A stretch of 64,000 nucleotides of DNA. Source: Raillietiella orientalis (lineage: Eukaryota). The first letter of the stretch is position 1; each line of letters opens with the position of its first letter. Below are positions 25,790 to 39,005 of the stretch, one piece after another. The stretch spans positions 3,720,001 to 3,784,000 of the forward strand of contig JAYWIR010000013.1 in the NCBI GenBank assembly GCA_036172245.1. The letters are read 5' to 3'. The notes under the pieces are model-generated. The model ran no database searches, was not told the DNA's origin, and worked only from the letters and a program-made list of their open reading frames with translations. The translations under genes were made by a program, and so were the position numbers.

Positions 25790-26785
25790 ATGGACGCTTC
25801 TTCATCTATTATGAGACACATCCCTTCGAAAATCCAGCCACTGGAAATCCACTTTTCCCACCACGCATTTTCACAGGGGCCCTTCCATTAATGGAGCAGT
25901 CCACTCCATAAGGTCCGATAGCAAAAAAGTCGCAGATTGGAAGTCTCTCGGGAAAAGGACCTTGCCCTCTGTTGGCTGGATGGGAGGTCTCCTGCACCAT
26001 TGCAGGATTGACCGAATTCCTGGGCAGCGAGGGAGCTGGTGGACGCCACTCCGCGTCATCGGGAGAAGGAACTGTTTTGGTGGAGCGAAGCTGTTGAGTG
26101 TGCCTCCCGGAAAACCTGTGGTCCCTTCTTTGAGCATGAACACTTCTGTGTTAACCCTGACGTGGGAACAGGATGTCCTCCTGTTCTGCACTGGGACTTC
26201 CGGTGCGATCAGCGTAGGAACCCTAGTGTCCGGGGGAGTTCTGTGTGTCTTCAAACTGTTTGAAATGCGGGGAGACTGAATCGTTCCCACGCCTGTTATT
26301 GGACTGGAGTATTGGCAGAGGCTCTCCTGCACCCTGAAGACACTGGCAAAGACTTGCTGCGGCGATTCTTCGCTCTTGACAGGCGCCGTGGTTTCAGCGA
26401 CATGTCACGTCCGTGCCATCGTCGCAGCCTGCCGTGTTCTGGAGCCTCGGGCGCAGCGCAGGGATCACCTGCACGGCAGCCGCCCACGCGGGGACGAGAC
26501 TGCGAGGTGGCCTCACCTGGAAGAAGTCGCGTCGGAGGTCGCCGGCATTCTGTGCCAGTTCTGAGGAGAAAAGGGAAGCTAAGGTACCGAAGGACATTGT
26601 CCCTACACTTCCTCCTAGTCACTCATTTATTTCCCCCTTTCCCTCCGTGCCAGACTGCTCCGGGAAAGGACCCGTGTGTCCGTGAACCCTCTCCCTGTAC
26701 CTTTCGGTTTTGGGGCTGTTTCGGGGAACTGCGTTCCCAACTTGTTTGTTTTTACTAAATAAACGTCCCGGCGTAACCAGGTGAA
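25790..26785 (+). mobile_element. Decayed L1/Tx1-like LINE 3' end (copy 1)
   Basis: Zinc-finger remnant SNCLKCGETESFPRLLLDW at ~26251-26307, a C-terminus homologous to the other copies, and the terminal AATAAACGTCCCGGCGTAACCAGGTG. Confidence 0.75.
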
Positions 26786-26789
26786 AACC

Positions 26790-28522
26790 CGTGCCAGTTC
26801 ATTCCAGCTTATCATGGAAGAAACGTCCAGAAACTTCAATCTTCTCCTTGTTCAGCTTCCAGAACGAGCGACGTAGCTCCGGCCTGCAAGATCATTATGC
26901 TTCCCATACGCATCCATCCATTGCCACAAGATAGCAATGGCGTGTTGCGTGCCATCCACGCTTATCTCTCATTCTGTGAGGACGGATCCGACGTCGCGTT
27001 TGCACATGCACGCACCTCCTGCTCTTCCTTCCTCACGCGGGATCATATTCGGTGACCTCGGAACTTGGCTTCACTCTTCGCACTTTTCCGCACCCTGGAG
27101 GACCCGCCTCGAACTGCGCACCCGCGTTTACACGCCCGTGGTGGGCTCGCAGTCCACCTCCTTTCTCATTCTGCTCGAACGTCCTTCGCGGACCGATGCA
27201 GCGATGGCCATTCCCTCATCTTCTCCTCCTCGCGTTTCATCAGCGTGCGTTCCACCTTTACGGACCGGTCCGAGAAGATGCGGTTGGAGCGAGGCTACCG
27301 AGACCTCGGTATCTCGCCTCTTCGGGGGAAATCCGGGAGGTGCCACGCGCCGCCTGCCGATGGACCGGAGGTGCCAGTCGTCCTCTTCCACTCCGAGGTG
27401 CGCCTGTGCGCCCTCTGTGCAAGACCGCGTCGGAATTCCGGTTCATCCTTTGCTGCCTCAGGGACCGATTGCCGCCGCTCACCAGCCCTCACGGCCCTTC
27501 CGTCGCTCGTCCGCTTGAGGAGGAGCGTCCTCAGCGCGCGCTGCCGGAGCAGCATCGCAGGACTGACCTTTTGTTCACAGAGCTCGCTTCATGGAGCGCT
27601 TCTCCCGGGTCTCTTGCTTCCGGGACTGCCTCTGTTCGCCATTTTTTTCTCCTTTCTTGCCTCCTTATCTCCTCGATCGCTAGGGACAGCAACAAACCGG
27701 CAACGTGGGAAGTGTTCCGCCTTTTTGAAGGCAGAAAAAAACAGTCATACGCGTGGACAACTCGGCAGCTAGCGGACGCTATGACCCCGAGTGTCCCGCC
27801 TAAAGGACTTTTACGCTGGGACGAGCTGCTCGTAAACCTCCGGAGGAGGTGAAGTGGACCCCAGCGTGTTGGAACAGTGGCACCCTCCCCCTGGATGGCA
27901 GGAGGTGGAGTTGCTGGTGTTGCATTGGGGAATCCCACGCAGAGCACGCCTTTCTCACTGGACACGGTAAGTGTGGATGCCCTCTGCGAAAGGTGCGGCG
28001 TCAAAGAGACTCTGCCGCACTTTTTGATGTGCTGTGAAGCCTTCCGACCCCTCTACGATCGTCTGTCGACGATCCTAGACATCCCCGAAGGCGATCCTAG
28101 GAACATTTTTGGGCGCTTCTTCATGTCTCGCGGAACCGTGGCGGCCTGGAACGCAACCAGAAGAGGCCAGAACGGCAGGGACGCCATCCACTGGACACGG
28201 CTCTTTTTGAAGACCGCATCCCCATGGTCCCACCTGGGCAATGTGAGGACGCAACTTGTTGGTATCCTGAACAGCATATAGAGGACGTCTCCCAGAGAAC
28301 AGTGATCCCTTCCCTGCCCTCCCTTCCCCGAGAAACATCTCCCCTACCCTTGTTGTACTTTTTCTTTGTGTTTTTCCCTTCCCATTCGCTGCGGAAACGG
28401 ACCTCGCCGGTCTACCGACCGGTGACCGACGAGATGCCATGACGTGGTGAACCAAGTGGTTCACCACAGGAACGTTTCCTTGTTCTTTTATTTTCAAATA
28501 AGTGCCCCGGAAAATCCGGGTG
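26790..28522 (+). mobile_element. 5'-truncated decayed L1/Tx1-like LINE, RT remnant to 3' end (copy 2)
   Basis: RT-like remnants (GSQSTSFLILLE resembling GCPLSPLLF; GYRDLGI resembling YLGI) and a clear finger LCERCGVKETLPHFLMCC. Stop at 28281, a pyrimidine-rich 3'UTR, and the terminal AATAAGTGCCCCGGAAAATCCGGGTG. Confidence 0.85.
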
Positions 28523-28687
28523 GCAGACCTCCTCGATCGCTGTGGGGTTTCTGGATCTCCCGTTCCTTTCGGAGAGCAAACCTGCTCATGCAAGTACCTC
28601 TACAGCCGTCTCGCGCCTCCATGACGCTATTCCACGCCATCCGAGGGTGTGTGTTGACTCTTCAAGTTAGGGGACCACTCTGTGGAT

Positions 28688-29020
28688 CCAGGAAGGGTTC
28701 CGGAGAAGGGAGTCCGTTTGTCTCTCACGCCTAGGGAGGTATCTCCGGAATGGAACCTCCACTCTGGTCGTCTTCCAAGGGAAACCCCAAAGGGAATCTC
28801 CTTCCTTATTCTTCCCGCAGGAACTCCCGGAGGGAGTTGGCTCCGTTTTTTTCTTCTCCTAAGGGAACCCGGAAAGGATCCGCTATTACGATTTTTTTCC
28901 TCCGGAGGAAACCCGCAAGGGAACTGCTCCTGTTTGCTCTTCTAAAGAGAACCACGAAGGGACTCTTCTGAAATTTCTCGGAAGGGCGCTCCCCAAAGGG
29001 ATCCGTCTTTTTACACTCTG
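28688..29020. repeat. Degenerate tandem array of ~8 units of ~37-45 bp
   Basis: Unit pattern CC(N)AAGGGAA-CCC-N3/4-GGG-A..CC-(T/C-rich) repeats visibly. Confidence 0.7.
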
Positions 29021-29704
29021 GAGAGCTGGTACCACACCAGCTCCATGGTATGATCCATCAGGCTGTATTTCAAGAACGGATGTACCCGGGAAAAAAATTT
29101 TTTGGTTCCCTTCGCTTGCATTCCTTCGGTCCACGGTATCCCGAATTTTCGATCTGCCGCAAGATGGAATCTTCACGATGCGGGGATATCTCAGTGTTGC
29201 TGAGATGTTAGCGCGTCTCCCAAGTGAGCGAGCATCATCGAATGTGTGGGTCTGCTAGGGTTCAGCATCGTTGCAGCATGAGATCCGGTGCTGGAGATGA
29301 GATGTTTTCATTCTTGAACAGCATTGAAGGCATTCTTGCGCTGAGGGTCTCGAGAAAGCAGGACAGAAAAAGCGTCTGAATCCTCCATGGAGGTGCAAAC
29401 GCATCTGACGTCTTCGGGGGGGATCCAGGATTTCAAGTCGTTTCAGGCACGCAGAGTGCGTCCAGGCTCATGTCTTTGATGACTGATTGAAGATGCCCTA
29501 TGTTGCAGACATGTGGGCACATTGTCTTCACGCACTCCGCATCTTCGGCTGTGTTGCCATTGCCCGAGAGATCCTCTGCAAGAAGTGAACCTTACTGCGG
29601 AAGGTTCCTTCCTTCTCTTCAGAATCCAGACCCGCCCTGCGTAGAACCCGCTGGCTTCAGTGACAGCTTCATTGCAACAGTTCGAAAACAACGCCTGGGT
29701 ACGA

Positions 29705-29915
29705 GAAGGAAGGTCCTTCCCGAAGGGAGGTCTGCTCCTTGGCACAACCAGAGGGGGAACTCGCCACTCCTTAATTCCCGGAAGGACCTTGGAGAGTCGA
29801 CTCCAAATCCCGGCCATTCATCGGAGGCATCCACGCCACAAGCTCCGAAGCAACCGAATTCAGGCCAACCAGCGTCATCTCGCGGGAGGAACTCGAACCC
29901 ACAACGCACTCCCAT
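29705..29915 (+). repeat. Interspersed repeat (probably LINE-derived); inverted homolog at ~38780-39005
   Basis: GGCCATTCATCGG and GGCCAACCAGCGTCATCTCGCGGGAGGAACTCGAACCC match the reverse complement of 38795-38900. Confidence 0.8.
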
Positions 29916-32900
29916 CTCCCTGTGTCGATCCTTGCAGAATTCCGAGGCTCTTGGTGGTGACACACGCGGAGACCGCGACCACGTGGCCTCCGACATGGGC
30001 ATTTCTGTCGGTGATCTGCCAACTTTGGGGGGGGGGAGGATCCTTCAAATGCTTCCCGACCATTCTCCAGGTTGTGCTGTTCTGCACGGATGCGCAAAGA
30101 TGTGGTTCACCAGAGAGTCTGGGAGCTGATCTTAGCGCATCTCTCTGATATCTTCTTTTCTGCATTCGTCTTGTCTGATTTATTTCATCTTATTTTCATT
30201 CCATTCGTTTCCAACCCGCTCTCGGTGAGATCCTTCTCCTGCACTCGGTCTCGCGGCTGCCTCTTCCAGACGAACCACCCGACCCGCATTCCTCAGCTTC
30301 CGAGTTCGGTAGGAACTCTCTCTCTTCCCCTCTTTTTTGAGAGCGTAGCTTCACTTCCTCTTTCGCACCACCTGTTTGTCATCTGACATCACTCTTTGTT
30401 CTTCGTTGCCCCGAAAAAGTGAAGTAACAACGGGATCTCTGAGAGGTTTCCTTTGGTGAGGCGGATGGGTGGTCACATTGACTAGTCACGAGCCTGAGGG
30501 ACTCTCTGAAGAACAGGGACTAGAGACGGTTCTGCGAACGGTTCACTTCCGGGTCGAGGACTTTCCGTGGCGCCCTTGGAAAGAAGGCCTTCCGCGGAGG
30601 CCAGGAGGACCTCGGAGTTACGCACGTGTTCCCTATGGCAGGCAGGTGAGTCACTCCTAGCTGCTAGCTACTCAGGAAGTCGCACCGAATGTCTGCTGCT
30701 GGTCCTTCGCGTCCTCATCTCCGACGGTTCAGGGTGAGAGAGGGCGCAACCGCGTCCTCGCACCCAGAACCGCCAAGTGTGCGCGCGCGCCGCCGATCAG
30801 AAGCCGTCCCATGATGCAAATGCTGCATCGAGCCCCCCCTCCCCATTTCCGCGCCCTGGCGGTTCTTCCCTCGACAGAAGATTCTCTGGAACGGCTTCGG
30901 GGCGGCGCTGCATCAGAGAAAGCTGGGGTTATCGTGCCTCGCGTGTGCGCGCGCGCGCGCTGGTGAGGCTGCACAAGGGGATCCAGAAGGAAGACGCTCG
31001 GTGATCGGTCGAGGTGCGGGAAATCGTGGCTAGGACGACGAGGATGCGAAAGATGCAAGGCAGCAGAGAAGCGCTGCGTTTGTTTTTCCCTCCCTCGTGC
31101 AGGATGCTGCAGGCACTCCGAAGGTTCGTGGCAGTGATCGCCACCGTCCCGAAAATGCCTTTGGGACTTTGGTCTACGGACGACGCCCTTGACAGCGACC
31201 ACCTCATGTGCGGGGCGTGGGAGGACCTGCGTGCTTTCATAAGCAGCAGCAACGATAGAACGCTCACGCACAAAGAAAGCTCAATCTGAGCCCTGGATGG
31301 CTGCTGGTGGTCACCGATGATCGATGCCTGTCGTCACCGTTTGGAGAGGCAACTGCTCAGCAAAAGAGAAGGTGGAAAAAGATTCCTTCACAGATCTTCT
31401 CGGTCCCCGAGGAAAAAGCAAGAAGAGAACGGGTCGTATCTCGCTTTGTGACCTCGTTTGTCGTCAGTCGATATGGGGCTCAAGCGATCGACACCACGAA
31501 CGAGCACCGCGGGTTCGAGGGGGACCCTACCGCTGCCGCTGCTGATTTCGGAAGAGAGGGTGGACGACGCGGGGGCAGGGAGGAGGAAGGGGAAGAAGTG
31601 GAAGAGGAGGAGGGCGAAGGGAAAGAATCAGAGGAAGGGGAAAATGGGGAAGAGGAAGGATTCTAATCGATCCTGCATTTCAGCCCATTTCTTTTGTGAG
31701 TGTTTTCTGGCGATTTGGTTCTTTGTCCCTCTCCAACGCGTGCAAGAGATCAAAGCGATAGCAAACCAAGGTCGGCTGCGCTGCCGTTCCCTGCGCGGCG
31801 AAACAGGCAAGGGGTATAGGGGAGGGAGGCGCCATTTTTCTTTCGCATCTGCTTACGAACCAGCTCGGCCACCGTGAGTGTGAGCGTCCGGGGTCACGGG
31901 TCTGCGCGTGCGCGTGCATGTGGCCGTTCCTGCGTGCGGTCTACCTGTGCGCTCTTCGCGCGCGTGTTCGGTGTTCGCCCCTGCGGTGCGGGAAGCTTCC
32001 TCTGGGACTCCTGCAAGGGCGTCGTGGATTCGCAATTGCTGGCACCGCTGCAGGCGAGTCCGCTGCTCATGGGAAGCTCCGCTCCAGAGCGAGCATCCCG
32101 TGAGCGCCAAGCTGCTCTTGCAGGCGGATCGCTCCTCCCTTCGCTGAACCCTGTCGCGCTCTTTCCGCGACCCATCTGGACCGGAAGCGGTCCAGACGCC
32201 TTTCTTCTGACTGCTGGAAGGGCAGGGCGGCACCCACCGCTGCTGCTGCGATTTCGCTGCCAAAGAGGAGGAAGGGACGTGGCAAAGAGAGGAATCGTCT
32301 TATCCCAAGCGGACCAGACTCTTATTTAAAATGAATGAATAAATAGATAAAATTAGCGGAGAAACCATAGGAGAAGCTGCTGTCTGACCCCGAGGAACGC
32401 ATCCTCCCACGTTCCTTCCCGCTTCCTCGGATGCAGTGTCCTTTTTCTCCTTCGGTGGCTCAGACAGGTCCGGAAATTGTCTGGATTCCACCCTCCTCCT
32501 GGTTCGCGCGCTGCCTCTATGAGGCGAAGGCGCTCCGAATGCCCGTCGTTTCTCCGGAGAGCGTTCCTCAAAGCAGAAGGAAAGAGGAGGAAGAGAAGAA
32601 TAGGGAGAAAGGGAGAAGGAGGAAGCAGAGGAGGAGAGGAGGAGGAAGAAGAGATCTCGGCGGCAGCCTGGGAAAGCAGCATGGAATTGGCCCGGCGCTC
32701 GTCGCACATCCTTGGAGCACGGACTTCGGGACCGAACGCCAGCGAGTGCCTCACATCGCGTGGCTCCTGGAGCACCCGGGTGGCTCATCGTGGCGGCACA
32801 GAGAAGTGCAGACGGAGGGCGTTTGTTTTCTCCCTGACCCTGAGCACCCATCGGCGTGGGGTGCCGTCACCTCAAAGAACTGCAGGCCTTTGCCGACGGC

Positions 32901-35900
32901 GCTACTGAGGCGACGGATCCATTCCCTGGAAGAAAGTCTTTTCGATGGCTCTGTGGAGCGGAGGAATAGCGCGTCACGCCGCCATGTGGGGCGTCCGGGG
33001 AGCAACACGAAGATCCTCCTCCCCCTCTCGCCGCAGGTTTCGGGACGCCGCGGCGGAAGGTCCCGGCGCGATGGCGGCATCATCAGGAGTTATCGAGAGC
33101 AGCGAGGGGGGCGAGGTCCTGTGGCTGGGCAGTTTGACCCGCGCGCGTTCCGTCCTTTGTACCTTCCCTCCCTCCTCGCGTGTGGCGAGCATCAGCGTGC
33201 GAGGACGTTGGCTCTCTCGCTCCCTCTTTTCAACGCGTGACTCGTCCGTCCGCTGCAGGCGGATCCGGAGCCATCGGGCGATGCGTTTCGAAGGGAAGAG
33301 GGAGTGCGCGGACACCTCTCCGGAGTCCCGAGCGCCGCAAAGAGGATACGGGAATGCGTGGGAGAACGGCGCATGAAAGCGAAAGGCGACCTCCCCTTCC
33401 CCCTCATCGTCTTGCAAGCTGCGCCGTCGCACAGCCGCCTGACCCCCCCACGCGACGCCTTCTCCTCCCCTCCCGACCATCTTTCCACCCGACAGGAAGC
33501 CCGCAATTTCCGAGGAGGAGAGCAGCAGGGCCCGGTGATCGGAGGCGCGTGCGCGGCTGGCCGCGTTTCCGTCCGGAAGGACGTGATTACGAGGTCTGGG
33601 CGATCTGCGGGCACGCCGGGCCCTCACGCGAGGATGCTGAGGCGGCAGCATCTGCTGTTCCGCCCACTCGAGCGGGCGAGGGAGCGAACTCGCACCGCGT
33701 GTTCTGCAGCCTCCGATGCCGTCCCTGCTGGTTTTGCAGGGATGACGACTGTGCGTCTGTTGGGAGGAGGAGGAAAGGAAGAGGGGGAGGGGGAGAAGAA
33801 AAGGAAGAGGAGAAGGAGGAGGAATGGAAGAGGAGGGGGAGGAAAAGGGGAAGAGGAGGAGTCTGAGCGTCAGTTCTCGAAGAGCAGCGCGAAGCCTCGT
33901 GACCAATTCGTCGGGACTTCCCTCCCTCTCCCTGCCTCCCGCCTCCACAGCGGAGCATTCTGGAAAGCCGCGTGTGCCTCAAGGATTCGATCCGCATGTT
34001 TACCTTTCACACGTCAGCCGGTTGTTTGCCCTCCCGGGGGCGCTCGCGCGCTACGCAGGGAGGAAGGTGAAAGGGCGGAATCGCCGGCGGCGCCGACGTC
34101 CGCGCGAAAGCGCGCGGAGGTGTTCGCGGACACGGGCGCTCCGCGATGCAAGGGGCGACGGGGTCCATACCAGAGCGTGCGCCTCGATTTCCCCTTCCTC
34201 CCCCTCGAACCTCGCGCGTGGACTGCGGGTTTTCCTTCCGGGGGTCGCCAAGGCGGCTCTCACAGTGCGGGGGGAAGGGGGAAGGGGGGAGGTGGAGGGG
34301 ACGACGCGGTCACTCGAGATAGCGAGCGCCTGCGGGCTCCTCGCGCGGAAATCTCCCCGAGGGCCGGAGAGAGAGAGAGGGCGGGCGGGCAAGGGAAAGG
34401 AGCCAAGCGGAAGAGCAAACAGGACGCCCGTGGCTGTTTGCCCCCCCCCCGGCCGCGGCGGCGGCTGCTGTTGCTGCATCGGCAGCCGCTGCCATCCCGC
34501 GCAAACAGGAGACGAACTAGGTTTCCATGACGGCTGTCTGTCGACGAGGAGGACGCCAGCATGGCGTTCCTCTCCCCGCTGGAGATCCTCCCCCCCTCCG
34601 GACCCTGCCGCTGAGCGTCGTCCTGCTCCGTCTGCTTGACCGTCTGCTCGAGGTCGAGCAGACGGCTCGTCTTCGCTTTCGTGGGGAGTGGGGGCTTCCC
34701 GGCAGTGCGCGGAGACGCACATCCGGTGCGCGCGCGCGCACCTCGAAGGGCCCGCAGGACTCTCCTGGGTGGATGGCGGGGACGGGGGAGCGCGCTACCC
34801 CCACCCCCCTCTCTTTCCTCGGTGGTCATGCGCGCGCGCGCCGCGCAGCGACGGGCGCAACGATCGTCCCTCGCCAGACGAGGAGGTTCGTTCGCATCTT
34901 TGCAGGCGACGGGTGACAGCGGAGGCTGCTTCCCGCCTGCCCGTCGGAGCATCCTTTCGGGTGGGCGGGTCCGACGCGTCACGGGTTAGGGGGGGGCGGT
35001 GCCCTGCGAGACTCCCCCTCTTCCGGCGTGACCACCACACTCCGTTACGGCCAGCCGCGTCTTCCGGTTGCCGGGTTCGACCGCTGACCCGTCCGCGCCC
35101 GCGCAGGAGGATCCTCCCGCGCCCAAGGACGCTCCGGCTGGCGGGTTGCGGCTGCCTCCCGGAGTCCGAGACGATGTCCGGAAGAGGCTGCTGCGCTGAG
35201 GGGTCAAGGACGGGCCCCATCGCATCTCCGAGTCGCTTCGGTTCCGGCTGGAGGCGGGTACCCCCGATCCGCACCCCTCTGCCTGAAGTGACCGCGGAAG
35301 GCTGCCTTTTCCGCGCTTGTGCCCCAGCATTCTTTTGAATGCTACTCAGACTCGCGCGGGAGGCGCCTCGGGCCCGGACCTTGCACTGCTCCCCCTTCCG
35401 CGCGGTGGGAGGCGCGAGCGGAGCCCTCGGGTCGGCGACCCGGCGCCCTCTGGAGAGCTCTCAGAGACCGTGAGTCCTTGCCCTATGCGACCCCTCGCGC
35501 GCTCTTCACTCCACCGTCCCTCGGTCTTCCGGGATGCTCACCAGGGCGCGCGCACGTCTCAGGACCGTTGGCGCGCGCCCTCCGGAAGCTCCAGGATGGG
35601 GACCTGCCGCCTCCGGCCTTGGAAAGTTCCTCGTCGCCCTGCCGCGCATCCGACGGAGGAAGGGTTGGAGGGGCGGGTGGACCATCCAGACTCAACGGCG
35701 GTCCTGGGAACCGCGGAGGACAAGGGTGGGAACTGTGGTGCCTCGGGCTAACGCTACTGGGGTGGCTGGGGCGGGGGATCCTCGAACGGAGGACGCTGCC
35801 GGCTTCTAGGAAGGCAACCTTAGGTAGCGCTGCCGGAGCGAGGGAGGGGAGAGGCCAGGAAGGAGAGAATTCGCCATTCCTGATGGGGAGAAGGGGCTGA

Positions 35901-38779
35901 GAGCAGCTCTCCCGCATCCCCTAGAAAGGGAAAGGGAATGGCAGGGTTGCCAGAATTCCGGCGGCTCCGTGAAGGGCCTGCCCGCACGCGCGTGTTCTTG
36001 GGGAGGTTTTCTACCTCCCCGAAAGCGGCCCCTAGTCTGCCACCAACGTGCCTACCCACTCCCGTCCAGGGTCCTCCGAGGTTGCCCTGCGGGTAACGCT
36101 TTCGAGCAGGGTGCTGGGAAGGGCCGGCCCTCGCAAGTCGCCTGAGCGCCGCCACCCTCCCTCCTGAGAGGGGATATTCCGCATGCGGCGCGCCCTTTGC
36201 TCGCCCCTCCCTCTCCCTGCTTTAAAGGTCGGGAGTCCGTGAAAGGGGAGGGAAACGAAACGAACCCTCCGGCGCTCCAGAGCTAACCGATCGAGAAAGG
36301 AGCCTCGTTCTTCCCCATTCTAATGCATAATTCAACTCTGATCCCCGTTCTAACGCATAATTCTTCCCGAGCGACTCCTGCAAAGACCCTTCTTCGGACG
36401 CCTGCTCGCCCTCCCGCCTCCTTCTCGATTTCGCTCGTGGGGGGGCTTCCTTCAGAGGAGAGAGCGTGCGCGCCCGTGAGCACGTGGGAGGAGGAGGGAG
36501 GCGAGGAGAGTGGACAGCGCACGACCGTGCTCTTTCCCGGAGAGGCGCCCTCGTCCCACCGTGACCTCACGCCGCACCGGCTTCGCGCCCTCCTTCGCTA
36601 TCCCCTCCCTCCCCGGGAGGGAGGAGGCGACGCCTCCTGCCCGACGCGGGCGGCGGGCGACGTGTGGAGGGATGGCCGCGTCTTCGTCGTCCCTGGTGGC
36701 AGTCGTGGCAGATGGCAGCTCTCTCGATCGGAAGGGAGCACGGAGTAGGGGGACGAGCTGACCCTTCGGAGTCCTCCCTGCCCCCGCGGCTGGCTTCCCG
36801 CCACGCTTCGCACCACTTTCCCCATCTACCCTGGGAGCCATGAGAAAAGAACGGGGGGGGGGGGGGAGGATCGGCGACTCCGCGGACGCGAGCTGGTAGA
36901 CGCGGCAGCGGTTCTTCCTAAAGCGGCATACTGAGCGAGGCATTTCGGGCGGGACGTCCGTAGTGGAAGAGAAAGGAAAGGGGAGGAGGAGGAGGGTCAG
37001 AACCTCAGGCTGCTGATCTGAGTCGCGTGCACGGCAAGACGAAGGCGGTTCTAGCGAAACTTCTGGACCGAAAGATTTCTCGCGAGCCCTGACGGGCCGC
37101 CCACGACGAGCTCGCGTCGAGGAACGTCGAACGCGCGCGCCATCTTGCTTCACTCCGACGAACGAGGACAAGGAGGCCTTGACCATCAGAGTGATGCAGC
37201 CCCCGCTAATCCTCTGTGGCGGCGGAACGAGCCCCTCCCCACCTCTTTTTTCCTTTCTCCGGTGCACCTCGAAAATCCCGCACCGCGTCCTGCTCACTTC
37301 GCCCTCCCCTTCCACAGGAGCGGGGAAAGGGCAGGGTTGTTGCAAGCTGGTTATTGAGGGCCACGTGACACGGATGGCTTCGCGGGATGCGGCACCCGTA
37401 CCGCGCGCCTCGATTCTTCCGGAGACCTGGACTGAGTGGCGAGGGTCGGTCGCTACCATGCGGCGGCTTCACTCCCTCCGGCGGAAGAGGAGGGGGAGGG
37501 GAGGTTAGGACGTTTCGAGTTGCTGGACCCCAGGTTCTCCCGTGGCGCTCCCCTGCATCAGGAGGCACCACTGTAAGCCATTCGCGTAAGGATTAGCCGG
37601 CACGCGCCCTCCAGGATCCAGCGGGAGGTCATCGGGGAGTCCGGCCGCCCATCAGGACGAGCCAGGACATTCCCGGAGTGCTTCAAAGAATACGGAAGTT
37701 TCCATCCCGCCGTTCTGCCGCCCTGCCTTTTGGCTCGAGCGACGTGGTTGCAGCATCACGCCTCCGCGGGACCGTCCTGCCACCTTGCGCCTTCGTTTTT
37801 CCGCCGTCCTTCTCCGTGCCACGTGCCGGCACTTCCGATCGCGTTTCCTCGGACGATCGTCTTTGTCCACCCATCTCGCACACGCTTTGTTGCGCCCAAG
37901 GCCGTTGCGGATGATCGGGCGCGCTGGGGCGCACACCGGATATCAGGCTCCGTAGCAGCCTCGGCAAGGGTAGCTGGCATGTGGGTCGCTCTGCGCCGGA
38001 ATGTTTCGTGTTGCTTCTCCCCTCCCCCCCCATACTCCAAGGTCGTCTCCACTGCATCTGCACGTCCGCCTCTGAAGCGCGTCTCCCCCCCTCTCCTTCC
38101 CTTCAAATTAATAGCCGAAGTTTGACGACTTTCCGTTTGTTGTGCCACTCCCTTCTCCTCCCCCTCCTCTTCATCCCATCGCTCGGAGTACTCCCTCGTG
38201 GAGCCCGAATCCTCCATCACCGCTCCTCTTCTGCATAGTCCTGTGCAGAAAAGAGTTTTTCTCCTTTCGCTCGGGGCAAGAGTCAAGAGGGTGACCCCGC
38301 GGTGCTCTGCCGGGCGCGTGGCAAGGCGGACGTCGACCGCCGGCCATGCGGTGCGAAACAAGCCGAAAGACGCCGGTTCTCTTCTCGTCCTTTCCCCCGT
38401 GCAAGAGGCCCCTTCACCGCGCATCCTTCGACCTTCCTGGTTGAGTTCCTCCTGCCACGAGCGGCAGAACCAAGTGGGCCTCCAGCGCTCACGGACACAC
38501 CTGGTCCCTTTGCGGGCAGGCGAGAAGGAGGAGGAGGGAGGGGTGGGTGGGACCTCGGCTTCTTCTTCCTTCTCTCCCCCTCCTTCTCACCCGTCGTCGA
38601 GAAGATAGGCGGATGATGGAAAGGAAAGGTGCATCTTTGACGAGCTAAGAAGAAAAGCTGGGTCGACGAGGCGCGAGAGATGATCCGAGGCCTCGCGAAG
38701 AGATCAATTTGATGAGGGCGTCGGTCCGTTTGCGGATCGGCGGGAACCACAGGGGAGAACGAGCGAATGGAAGCGAGAT

Positions 38780-39005
38780 GGGGGGGGGGTGCGTCGCGGG
38801 TTCGAATTCCTCCCGCGAGATGACGCTGGTCGGCCTACATCCATTTGGGTGCGGCTCCGGTAGCAGTTCAAGCCGGGTGTCCCCGATGAATGGCCATGAT
38901 TGAGAGTGGACCCTCCGGGGTCCTTCCAGGACATCAACGAGTGGGTAGATTCGCTCCGATTGCGCAAAGGAGAGGTGACCACCACCCCTTCGGAGGGGTC
39001 TTCGT
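38780..39005 (-). repeat. Interspersed repeat homologous to 29705-29915
   Basis: Reverse complement reads GGCCGACCAGCGTCATCTCGCGGGAGGAATTCGAACCC. Confidence 0.8.

Noticed and set aside
28688..29020. CRISPR-like repeat-spacer appearance
   Set aside because: Repeats are too degenerate, linkers are similar to each other, the context is eukaryotic and there are no cas genes.
32766..32782. CCTGGAGCACCCGGGTG resembling the LINE terminal hairpin
   Set aside because: Lacks the upstream AATAAA-like signal and family 3'UTR; may be chance in GC-rich DNA.
32300..37460. Many long overlapping ORFs (200-400 aa) on both strands
   Set aside because: Open in several frames at once, which is typical of stop scarcity at high GC; no recognisable motifs.
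38791..38820. tRNA T-arm/B-box-like GGTTCGAATTCC
   Set aside because: No cloverleaf or A-box; it is part of the repeat also present at 29705-29915.
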